DNA of 64,000 nt from contig CAVYNY010000032.1 in the NCBI GenBank assembly GCA_963769935.1, positions 1-64,000 on the forward strand, given 5' to 3'. The notes beneath the pieces were generated by a model. It made no database searches. It was not told the DNA's origin and saw only the letters and a list, made by a program, of their open reading frames with translations. This document shows positions 10,098 through 18,881 of the stretch, piece by piece. The position numbers and the translations under genes were made by a program. The DNA comes from an uncultured delta proteobacterium (lineage in GTDB: Bacteria; Desulfobacterota; Desulfobacteria; Desulfobacterales; JAFDCJ01). The first letter of the stretch is position 1. Every line of letters begins with the position of its first letter.

Positions 10098-11840
10098 TTA
10101 CTCTCCTTTGCCTTTTCTTTTTCGAGCGCTTCGCCGGACTGTTGAAGGTTCCCCCTTGCGAAGATGCGCCATTTTTAAATGGTCTTCTGCCAGAAGCGCT
10201 TGTCTTTTCCGCTCTTCTTCCGCCATCAAATGCAGCTCTTCAGATTCCGCCTCGAACTCGGCACGGAGGGCTGCGATCTTTGCTTCCAGGGCCTTGCGCT
10301 TGCGCTCCTGCCCGCGCTGCCAGCGCTGCGCCTCCTGCCGGCGTGCCAGCTCGGAGGCCTTTTCCTTGGTTTCCTGGACTGCCCGGGCACTGCCGGTTAA
10401 GGCCTCGCCGGAACCGGTATAGATGTCGATCAGGTCAATGCCCTGGTTGGTGAGCAGGAACTCTTGAATCTGGTTGGAGTGGACCATGCCGCGGGACTTC
10501 AAAATGTAGAGGCCCCGGTTGCGTTCCCCTCTGAGTTCGATATCCCGCAGGAGAAGCCACGTATCGATCAGAGAAGATATCTCTTCACTCGTCCGTTCAA
10601 GGCTGCCTCCAAAATGGGTGAGGTCCGTCAGGAAAGTAGAGATCTCGTTCATCTTCAAATAATCGATCAGGCGCGTTAATATGGATTTGACCGATGATGC
10701 TGTTCCCGCGGCGATCAGGTTGCTGATCGGGTCTACAATGAAAACCCGGGGCTTGAACTCCTCGATCGCCTTGTGGAAGGTGACAAGATGCATCTCAAGG
10801 CCGAAAAGCGAAGGTCGGGCTGATTGAAACTTGAGAAGCCCCTGTTTCACCCACCGGCGGAGATCGATGCCGATGGAGCCCATGTTCCGGATGATCTGTC
10901 TGGGCGATTCCTCGAAGGCAAAATACAGGCAGCGCTCACCGCGCAGGCAGGCGGCGTCGGCAAAGGTGGCCGACAAACTCGTTTTGCCGGTGCCCGCCGT
11001 ACCGGAGACGAGGATGGTGCTGCCCCGGTAGAACCCCTTCCCATCAAGCATGGCATCCAACTTGGGGACGCCCGTGGAGATGCGCTCCGTGGATACGGGG
11101 TAGTCGAGCCCCAGGGAGCTGATCGGCAGGATAGAGACGCCCCTATCGTCTATCAGGAAGGGGTACTCGTCGGAGCCGTGCGATGAGCCGCGGTACTTGA
11201 CAATCCGCAGGCGGCGGGTCGTAATTTGCTCCTCGACGCGGAGGTCGAGGAAGATCACGCAATCGGCCACGTATTCTTCGAGCCCGTAGCGTGTCAGGGT
11301 CTTGTCGCCGCTTTCCCCCGTAACGACGGCCGTCACACCGCGCTCTTTCAACCAGTGAAAAAGCCGGCGAAGCTCTGCCCGAAGGATAGCCGTATTCGAC
11401 AGCCCGGAGAAAAGGGCTTCGATGGTATCTAAGACAACCCGCTTGGCTCCGATGGAATCAATGGCATTGCCCAGGCGGATGAACAATCCCTCCAAATCGT
11501 AATCACCCGTCTCCGCAATCTCGTTGCGCGCGATGTGGACGTGGTCCGTTGCGATGAGACCCCGCGACACCATGTCAGGGAGATCAAAACCAAAGGAGAT
11601 GAAGTTTTGCGCAAGATCCTCCGGCGTCTCCTCGAAAGTCATAATGACCCCGGGTTCGGCGTAATCCATGGCGCCCCGCATGAGAAACTCCATGGCAAAA
11701 AGTGTTTTGCCGGAACCCGCAGTGCCGCAGATCAGGGTCGACCTGCCCCTCGGAAGCCCGCCCTTCGTGATCTCATCGAGCCCCCTGATGCCCGTCGGGC
11801 ATTTTTCGAGAACATCAACAGCCTGTTTTGCCTTAACCAT
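10098..11840 (-). CDS. kaiC: Double-domain KaiC (KaiC2-like) with C-terminal coiled coil
   Basis: Two Walker A motifs ([16 protein letters not shown]), FEE motifs, phosphosite region [12 protein letters not shown], long charged coiled-coil tail; GGAGG RBS before ATG at 11840. Confidence 0.95.
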   Translation of the reverse strand: MVKAKQAVDVLEKCPTGIRGLDEITKGGLPRGRSTLICGTAGSGKTLFAMEFLMRGAMDYAEPGVIMTFEETPEDLAQNFISFGFDLPDMVSRGLIATDHVHIARNEIAETGDYDLEGLFIRLGNAIDSIGAKRVVLDTIEALFSGLSNTAILRAELRRLFHWLKERGVTAVVTGESGDKTLTRYGLEEYVADCVIFLDLRVEEQITTRRLRIVKYRGSSHGSDEYPFLIDDRGVSILPISSLGLDYPVSTERISTGVPKLDAMLDGKGFYRGSTILVSGTAGTGKTSLSATFADAACLRGERCLYFAFEESPRQIIRNMGSIGIDLRRWVKQGLLKFQSARPSLFGLEMHLVTFHKAIEEFKPRVFIVDPISNLIAAGTASSVKSILTRLIDYLKMNEISTFLTDLTHFGGSLERTSEEISSLIDTWLLLRDIELRGERNRGLYILKSRGMVHSNQIQEFLLTNQGIDLIDIYTGSGEALTGSARAVQETKEKASELARRQEAQRWQRGQERKRKALEAKIAALRAEFEAESEELHLMAEEERKRQALLAEDHLKMAHLRKGEPSTVRRSARKRKGKGE

Positions 11841-12189
11841 CGCCACCTCCCAGCATCATTACGAATCTGCAGTCATGCCCATAACAGAATCCGGCACTCC
11901 TTTGTTGGTGAATTATCAAAAAATCCATTACCAGACAATAGAAAAAACGCAGGATGTGCCCCGTCCAAAATCACCGGGATATTCAGGGCGTTCAGTAATG
12001 CAGGCTTATCGTCAGCTCCAGGTCTTGCCCGTCATAGCGGAAGCTGGCTGCGGAAAACGAAGGCGCGCCGTGGGCTTCCGGTCGATTGACTCATTCATGA
12101 TCTTGCTCCCGGCTCCAATCTGCATCGCCTGAGCGGGTCGAAGCGGAGCCCAGGGTTACTCCCGCCGGATTTCGCATTATCCCATCCGG

Positions 12190-12402
12190 GATTTGCGGTC
12201 CTTCGGAGAAGCGCCAGAACGTTACCCCACCCCCACGCTTCAATGTTTTCGCTCTCTGGACACCAGTGCTCCTTGGATTGTCCTTTGAAGGTTTTCCAGA
12301 CTAAAGGGTTTAAATATGACCGAGTCAACAGGTCCTCCTTCTGCCTTATTGCGAAGAGTCTCCCTGTCAGAGCCGGTTATCAGTATAACCGGCGTGCTTG
12401 GG
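12190..12402 (-). pseudogene. Diverged duplicate of the response-regulator 3' half and its downstream sequence (paralog of 6262-6473)
   Basis: Shared long blocks by eye, e.g. GGACACCAGTGCTCCTTGGATTGTCCTT and AGTCTCCCTGTCAGAGCCGGTTATCAGTATAACCGGCGTGCTTGG. Confidence 0.8.
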
Positions 12403-12470
12403 CCCCGCTTTCACAATTCCATAGACCGTGCACTGTAAAGAACCAACCGTCCATACATCTCAAGGGGTGG

Positions 12471-12764
12471 CTATTTTGTCTGAGACTCACCGACGTGTCT
12501 TTTTCCCAACTCCAGAATATTTTCCTTCAATTTCTGGATCTCCTTGTTCATGCTCCTGCCATGAAGGGATTTCTTTGCCAGCTTTGGTAGGGCCAAAACC
12601 GCCACAATTGCTCCACCAATGAGAGATGAATAAAAAATCAGGGCTGTAATAGATAGCTGAAAATTCCAGGTGAAAAACTTGAAATCCAGAGGCATACTGT
12701 TTTGTACAGCGGTGATGATAATTACCAAGAGAAGCAAAAAAGTGATGATTAACGAAAAATACAT
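12471..12764 (-). CDS. LapA (DUF1049) family membrane protein
   Basis: TM-AVQN-x-FFTW-TM-coiled-coil layout. Confidence 0.8.
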   Translation of the reverse strand: MYFSLIITFLLLLVIIITAVQNSMPLDFKFFTWNFQLSITALIFYSSLIGGAIVAVLALPKLAKKSLHGRSMNKEIQKLKENILELGKRHVGESQTK

Positions 12765-12806
12765 GATTATTCTCCTTTCTTCTTAGAAACTGTCCAAAGT
12801 TATATG

Positions 12807-12954
12807 GTCAAACTCCATGCCAGGTTTGAAAAGTTTAACCATATTGAATTCAATATATTGATTTATCATTGAATTTTTTTTTATAAGGGACCGCCAATGG
12901 AGGAAACTGAACGCAAAATCATGGTTGCATATGACCAATGGTCGTATATGACCA
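12807..12954 (-). promoter_or_regulatory. sigma54-type promoter with IHF site and tandem UAS (copy 2)
   Basis: TGGCAT-GGAGT-TTGA (12822-12808); AATCAA-TATA-TTG IHF consensus near 12851-12863; palindromes at 12922-12937 and 12939-12954. Confidence 0.75.
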
Positions 12955-13164
12955 TAATTTCTCGGATCTTTGATGGGGTGTAGGGTATTTTGTGTGAAGG
13001 AATACAAATTGACGGTGTTATTATGTGAGGCAAACTGCAAAAAGTGAAGAATTCCGGCCCAGCTTCCGGCCTATAGGGCTTCCAGCCCGGCTTCCTGCTC
13101 GTAGAGCCTACAGCTCGGAGAGAGGGAGGAAGCGGTCTTCAATGTCGAAATAAATTTTGCCGGC

Positions 13165-14715
13165 TTATGGCTGGCGGATATCCAGTTTTCGCATGCGGGC
13201 GCGCAGCGTGCTGCGGTCGAGTCCAAGGATTTCTGCAGCCCCGTTTTGGCCGCTTACCTTCCAATGAGCCTGTTCAAGCACCCGGACAATATAATCACGC
13301 TCAACCTCATTCAGTGTTTTTTTTGCGGTCGTTAAATCCTTGGGCGGCTTTTTTAATTCATCCACCAGGTGCAGTTTGGGACCCGAGGAATTGATTACCG
13401 CCCGTTCGAGGACGTTTTCAAGCTCCCTGACATTGCCGGGCCATTGATACTCCTGTAAGGCATTCATAACGCTCACCGGGATGCTTGCAATGTGCTTCCC
13501 CAGTCGCTTGGATATTTTAGCGACGAAAAAATCCACCAGCAGCGCCATGTCTTCCATCCGCTCTCGCAGCGGGGGCACCGTAATCGGAAAAATGTTTAGC
13601 CGGTACCAAAGATCTTCCCGAAACCGGCCCCGGCGGACCTCCTCTTCCAGCTGGCGGTTGGTGGCCGCAATCACCCGCACATCGACTTTGATCGTGCCGG
13701 AGCTGCCCAACCGTTCAAACTCGCCATCCTGGATGACCCTGAGCAGTTTGGGCTGCAGTTCCAGCGGCAGCTCCCCGATCTCATCCAGAAAAAGGGTGGC
13801 GCCGTCGGCCACTTCAAAGCGCCCCAACTGTCTGGCATGGGCACCGGTGAAAGCACCTTTCTCGTGGCCGAACAATTCACTTTCAATGAGGTTGGCGGGC
13901 AGGGTGGCGCAATTCACTTTCACTAAGGCCCGATCTTTACGCAGGCTTAAGTGATGAATGGCCCGGGCCACCAGCTCCTTGCCGGTACCGGTCTCACCGA
14001 GAACCAGAACGGTCGTATCGGTTGGGGCAATTTGTTCAACTTTATAGAATATATAATTGAGCGCGTTACTTTGGCCGATAACGTTTTCATAATTGTAGCG
14101 CGATTTGATTTCTTCCTGCAGATAGGCTCTCTCGGCCTCAAGCCGGTTCTTTAACTCCTTTATTTCGGAAAGAGCGGCCCTAAGATCAAGCTCGGCCTGC
14201 ATGCGCTCGGTAATATCCTGGATAGAACCGGACATCCGGATCGCTTCGCCCTCGCTGTTCCACATTGCCTGGCCGCGTGCGAGAAACCACAGGTACTCGC
14301 CGGATTTTTTCTGCAGGCGGTATTCGACCTTGTATGGTGCACGTTCTTGAAGATGGCGTTCGATCGCGGTCCAGATGGGCTCGGCGTCCTCCGGGTGCAG
14401 TCGGCTGCGGAAAGAATCTATCCGGCCGGGAAACTCCTCGGACGAGTACCCCAGGATTTCCCGGAAACGATCCGAGTAGAAGACGGTGTTCGACAGCAGG
14501 TCCCAGTCCCAGAGGCCGTCGGTCGAGCCTGCCAGGGCCAAAAGATAGCGCTCTTCACTGGTGCGCAAGGACGCTTTCGCCCGGCCGTGTCGCGACCGCT
14601 GTATGAACAGCCGGACGACAAGCAAGGTCACGCCGACACAGAAAAAAACCAGGACGATGATTGCCGTTGGTATAGAGCCCAAAACAACTCCTCTATCGCT
14701 TGCAGCTGTTGTCAA
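13165..14715 (-). CDS. TM-PAS sigma54-dependent enhancer-binding protein, possibly lacking its original N-terminal sensor
   Basis: TM helix, PAS_3 ([24 protein letters not shown]), GAFTGA AAA+ domain, [19 protein letters not shown]. Confidence 0.9.
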   Translation of the reverse strand: MTTAASDRGVVLGSIPTAIIVLVFFCVGVTLLVVRLFIQRSRHGRAKASLRTSEERYLLALAGSTDGLWDWDLLSNTVFYSDRFREILGYSSEEFPGRIDSFRSRLHPEDAEPIWTAIERHLQERAPYKVEYRLQKKSGEYLWFLARGQAMWNSEGEAIRMSGSIQDITERMQAELDLRAALSEIKELKNRLEAERAYLQEEIKSRYNYENVIGQSNALNYIFYKVEQIAPTDTTVLVLGETGTGKELVARAIHHLSLRKDRALVKVNCATLPANLIESELFGHEKGAFTGAHARQLGRFEVADGATLFLDEIGELPLELQPKLLRVIQDGEFERLGSSGTIKVDVRVIAATNRQLEEEVRRGRFREDLWYRLNIFPITVPPLRERMEDMALLVDFFVAKISKRLGKHIASIPVSVMNALQEYQWPGNVRELENVLERAVINSSGPKLHLVDELKKPPKDLTTAKKTLNEVERDYIVRVLEQAHWKVSGQNGAAEILGLDRSTLRARMRKLDIRQP

Positions 14716-14911
14716 ATCTTACTTAAGCAAGCAGGAAACTGAAAATTGGTGACCCCAGATTTCACTCTCCGGCTTTCCCTGCCCAACCCAATAGGGCATG
14801 CTTGCTTGAACCTGCCATCAGTTTGGCTGCTTGCCGAAGTGCTCTGAAGGATATACCAGAATTAAGGTAATGTTTCAATCGGCGGCCTTAAATAATATAA
14901 AATAAGGCAGT

Positions 14912-15028
14912 TGCCAGGTTGCCGGGATGGGGATCTGCGTTGAAAAAACCGTCTTCGAGTATTTGTTTAATTGCGGCGTTGAGTCCTTGTTTTGCGAGAC
15001 TTTGAGCATCGTATCCGTCACCGGGACC
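14912..15028 (-). pseudogene. AarF/UbiB (ABC1) kinase fragment
   Basis: Hand translation ..SLAKQGLNAAIKQILEDGFFNADPHPGNL matches the ABC1 'GFFHADPHPGNL' motif. Confidence 0.65.
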
Positions 15029-15049
15029 GATATCTTTTATTTTTTTTCC

Positions 15050-15151
15050 AGACAGGATTTACAGAATTAATGGGATTTTTTTCGCCTGCGGCAAGCGAGA
15101 TGCCCTGCGGCCGAAGGCCCTTCTATCCAGACGATCCTTTAAATCCTGTCT
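15050..15151. repeat. Short intergenic element with terminal inverted repeats
   Basis: AGACAGGATTTA (15050) ... TAAATCCTGTCT (15140). Confidence 0.6.
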
Positions 15152-15216
15152 AATACTTTTCTAAAATTAGAATCCATTCCTCAGATTTTACGTTACTGTA
15201 TTTATGAAACTATGTA

Positions 15217-16695
15217 TTAAGCGGTTGCATGCATGCAGTTAAGCAACTCTTTGACTGCAACGGTTGCTATGCCGGAATTGATATCAGACATGGCGTAGGG
15301 AATAACCAACTCGTTGTTATGAATTAGCGCACCGCAGGAATAAACGACATTGGGGACATATCCCTCGCGCTCTTTCTTACGCGGGGCAATCAGCGGCTCA
15401 TCCAGGCGGGCGATTATTTTTGTCGGATTTTCAAGATCAAGCAGTATGGCGCCGATGCAATACTGACGCATGGGCCCGACGCCATGGGTGAGCACAATCC
15501 AGCCTTCATCGGTTTCGAGGGGGGAACCACAGTTGCCGATCTGGATGAATTCCCATGGATATTCAGGCTCCTGGATGATTTGGGATTCTTGCCAGAAATG
15601 GATATTGTCTGAGAACATGATATGATTGTTTTCACCGTCCTGGCGCGAGAGCATGACATAACGATCGCCAATTTTTCGCGGAAAAAGAGCCATGCCCTTG
15701 TTTTGTACGGCTTTGCCGTTGAGCGTTAAGATGTTGAATTTGATAAAATCCTTTGTTTCGATCAGTTGCGGCAAGATGGTACTACCGTTATAGGCGGTAT
15801 AGGTCGCATAATAGGTGACTTCCTGCCGGTTATCGAAAAATTGTACGAACCGGGCATCTTCAATGCCTCTGCTTTCGTTTTTCGAAACGGGAAAGATCAC
15901 CCGTTCGGATATGGGATGATCGGCATGGAAACTCACCTCATAATTGGAATCGGCAAGCCAGCACATAGCCTTGAAGGCTCTGTTTTGGAGCGTTTCAGAA
16001 AATAGCGGTTTTGCGCGCAGGATTCCAATTTTTTCGATTAATTCGTTATAAGTAAAATCTTCCGGCAGCCGGCTGAGAATATGGGCGGTTATCGCATTGC
16101 GGACCCCCATCTCATTCAGCTTGAGCTGGAAAGGATTGCGTTTGTAAATCGGGTCCAGTTGGAGATCCGGCGTTTCCACAAAATCACTGATCGGGTAGAA
16201 ACGGATCGTATTGCTCCGGTCAAGGACACCGCTGCGAAAGACAATTGACGAAACATGGCCTTCGCCGGTTGCCCGCAGGCTCATGATAAAGCGCAGGCTG
16301 CCTTTTTTCTGACGGCTCTGATCAGGATGGGGAACAATGGAAGGGTTAAAGAGGGCGGCCGATTCAATCGAGTACTCCTTTGTAAAATAGGCCCCGATGA
16401 GGGCCCTTTGAACATCGTTGAGCATTGCATCCCGCGGAACATAATCCTTCACCGCATTCAGGTGCCGCTCAAAAATGTGCCCGATATCTTCGTGCCGTCC
16501 GGAAAACTCAACCATTATTTTAGCAATTAAATTTTCGGCTGCCGCATCCGGCAAGCTCATTATGCGCTGAATTATTTTAGGGATGCGATACCTCTTATCG
16601 GGAAGATGAAGCCGGGTGATCACCCGTGAAGTATCCCCTACGATCTTATTGGCTTTTCTCTTAACATTCATCTTTTGACGCTTTTTAGGGTGCAT
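15217..16695 (-). CDS. GH130-family glycosidase/phosphorylase (long form); start may be 16671
   Basis: EYSIESAALFNPSIVPHPDQS, GIEDARFV, NKGMALFPRKI, GNCGSP, REGYVPNVVYSCG. Confidence 0.9.
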   Translation of the reverse strand: MHPKKRQKMNVKRKANKIVGDTSRVITRLHLPDKRYRIPKIIQRIMSLPDAAAENLIAKIMVEFSGRHEDIGHIFERHLNAVKDYVPRDAMLNDVQRALIGAYFTKEYSIESAALFNPSIVPHPDQSRQKKGSLRFIMSLRATGEGHVSSIVFRSGVLDRSNTIRFYPISDFVETPDLQLDPIYKRNPFQLKLNEMGVRNAITAHILSRLPEDFTYNELIEKIGILRAKPLFSETLQNRAFKAMCWLADSNYEVSFHADHPISERVIFPVSKNESRGIEDARFVQFFDNRQEVTYYATYTAYNGSTILPQLIETKDFIKFNILTLNGKAVQNKGMALFPRKIGDRYVMLSRQDGENNHIMFSDNIHFWQESQIIQEPEYPWEFIQIGNCGSPLETDEGWIVLTHGVGPMRQYCIGAILLDLENPTKIIARLDEPLIAPRKKEREGYVPNVVYSCGALIHNNELVIPYAMSDINSGIATVAVKELLNCMHATA

Positions 16696-16909
16696 ATCGC
16701 GGGGTCCTTAATGTCGATTGATACCTGAAACCAATTAGCAAATTTGGCTATGGCACAGCCTGTTTTCTCTGACCTGGCCCTTAGGACCAGGTTTTCGTTT
16801 CTGAATAAATAATTCACTGCATCGCACGTCTCTTCATTATGGCAGATCTTCAATCCCGGCCTGTCCTCGAAGTTGATTTTCCGGTCTGTAATCATCCGGC
16901 CATGCTCAT

Positions 16910-17851
16910 CTACAGCGGCGGCCGGGAGCCCGAGAGGCAGAGCGCCACCAGTTCATCGATGACGGCCGTGCCGGCGCACATGACCGTATCCGCGCCGCCC
17001 CAGTATATTTTCACCGTACCGTCGTCTTCCGGAACAGCGCCGCAGGTAAAGACGACATTGGGCACATAGCCGGTTACCTCCCAAGGATCCTCAGGCTGCA
17101 ATATCCACTGATCGGAAACGCCGATGATATTGGCCGGATCATCAAGGTCATGCAGGGCCGCGCCGAGACGATACACACTTCCGGACATCGTCTTAAAAAC
17201 GCCGTGGTAAATATGAAGCCAGCCCCTGTCGGTTTTAAACGGCGGTGCGCCGGGCCCGATTTTCATTTCATCCCAGTGGTAGGCCACCGGCTTCATAATC
17301 ACCCGGGAATCGCCCCAGTGCACGAGATCGGGAGAATAGGAAATCCAGATCGACCAGGACGAAATTTCGGAATGCGGCCGGTCCAAACGCACATACCGCC
17401 CGCCGAACTTTTCAGGGAAAATGACCACGTTGCGCAGGTCGGCCTGGGTGATCAGCGCAATCCGTTCCACTTTTTCAAAATCCCGGGTGCGCGCCAGGGC
17501 AATCCGCACGCCGTGACGGGAATAGGCGCTATAGGTCAGCAGGTACTGGTTTTCTACCCGGGAAATCCGCAGGTCTTCGACTCCGAACGCTTCGTATTCG
17601 GCAAAAACATTATCCGTTGAAGGTATCAGAAAGGGTCGGGGATGAACCGTAAAGGAAAAACCGTCCTCGCTGTCGGCCCGGCCGATGATGGAGCGCCCGT
17701 TTAGCAGATGCGACCTGAAAAGCATAATGTAGCGGCCGTTGTGTTTGACGATGCCCGCATTGTGAACGGTAGCTACCGGATACGGCACATCCTTGCTTGT
17801 CAGGATGGGGTTTTTTTTAAAACGTGTTATTATGGGATGATGCGTTTTCAT
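16910..17851 (-). CDS. GH130-family glycosidase/phosphorylase
   Basis: NPIL, HNAG, GVEDLRI, KIGPGAPP, GYVPNVVFTCG, YWGGADT. Confidence 0.9.
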   Translation of the reverse strand: MKTHHPIITRFKKNPILTSKDVPYPVATVHNAGIVKHNGRYIMLFRSHLLNGRSIIGRADSEDGFSFTVHPRPFLIPSTDNVFAEYEAFGVEDLRISRVENQYLLTYSAYSRHGVRIALARTRDFEKVERIALITQADLRNVVIFPEKFGGRYVRLDRPHSEISSWSIWISYSPDLVHWGDSRVIMKPVAYHWDEMKIGPGAPPFKTDRGWLHIYHGVFKTMSGSVYRLGAALHDLDDPANIIGVSDQWILQPEDPWEVTGYVPNVVFTCGAVPEDDGTVKIYWGGADTVMCAGTAVIDELVALCLSGSRPPL

Positions 17852-18867
17852 TGAGGTCTGTCCTGTAAAATCATTTCATAGACTTGTATGTATTCATCGA
17901 TCATGCGGTCGACGGTGAAATGCCGTTCAACATGGCGACGGCAGTCGGCGCGGTCGATCTCTTTAATACGTGCAACCGTTTCAATGGCCTCGTCCACGGT
18001 GTTGACCAAAAAACCACTTCGGCCGTTTTCGATAAGTTCCGGCATGCTGCCCCTATCAAAGGCGATCACGGGCGTACCGCAGGCCATGGATTCAATCACG
18101 GACAGACCAAAAGGCTCATCAAACTGGATGGGGTGCAATAGCGCGCAGGCCTTGCCGAGCATCCGGCTGCGCTCAGCGGGTCCGACGCTGCCGGCGTAAA
18201 TCACCTGGCTGTTGTCTATGTGAGGGGCGACATATTGGTCATAGTATGCCTGGTCCTGGATGATGCCCGCCAATATCAGCTTTTTATTGCAGGCCCGGGC
18301 GATGTTCAGGGCTTCGCGGGTCCCTTTATCCCGGTGAATGCGCCCGAAAAAAAGCAGGTGATCGTCCGGGGCAGGCTGAAAATCGAATTGCTGGATATCA
18401 ATGCCGTGATGAATGGTTTTGATATAATCAAGATCCGGCGAACGATCGGCATCGCTGATGGAAACATAGAAAACGCGGCCGTTGTATTTCTTGTAAACCG
18501 GCAGAATCCCGGGCGATGAAAAGCCGTGAATGGTGGTCACAACCGGGGAGGTGGTCAGGCCGGTATAAGTCAGAGGCAGGAAATCAAAATGGTTGTGGAT
18601 CAGGTCGTATGCATCGGCATGTTCGAAGAGCTCTGAAATGTGCAGGCACTCCCAGACTTTTGGTATGAGGGAGCGGTCTTCTTCATAGCCCCGCGGGCAG
18701 ACGGCGTGCAGCGTGCCGCTGGTCCGGGAATCCGCGGTTGCAAACAAGGTAACATCATGACCGCGCGCCACCAGCCCTTCGGTCAACAGTGACGCCACGC
18801 TTTCCCAGGGGCCGTAGTGGCGTGGCGGCGTGCGCCAGGCAATGGGCGAGAGCATCGCGATATGCAC
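17848..18867 (-). CDS. GT4 glycosyltransferase
   Basis: PPRHYGPWE, GHDVTLFA, FGRIHRDKG, EPFGLSVIESMACGTPV. Confidence 0.9.
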   Translation of the reverse strand: MHIAMLSPIAWRTPPRHYGPWESVASLLTEGLVARGHDVTLFATADSRTSGTLHAVCPRGYEEDRSLIPKVWECLHISELFEHADAYDLIHNHFDFLPLTYTGLTTSPVVTTIHGFSSPGILPVYKKYNGRVFYVSISDADRSPDLDYIKTIHHGIDIQQFDFQPAPDDHLLFFGRIHRDKGTREALNIARACNKKLILAGIIQDQAYYDQYVAPHIDNSQVIYAGSVGPAERSRMLGKACALLHPIQFDEPFGLSVIESMACGTPVIAFDRGSMPELIENGRSGFLVNTVDEAIETVARIKEIDRADCRRHVERHFTVDRMIDEYIQVYEMILQDRPQ

Positions 18868-18881
18868 GGCTGATCCTTTAC

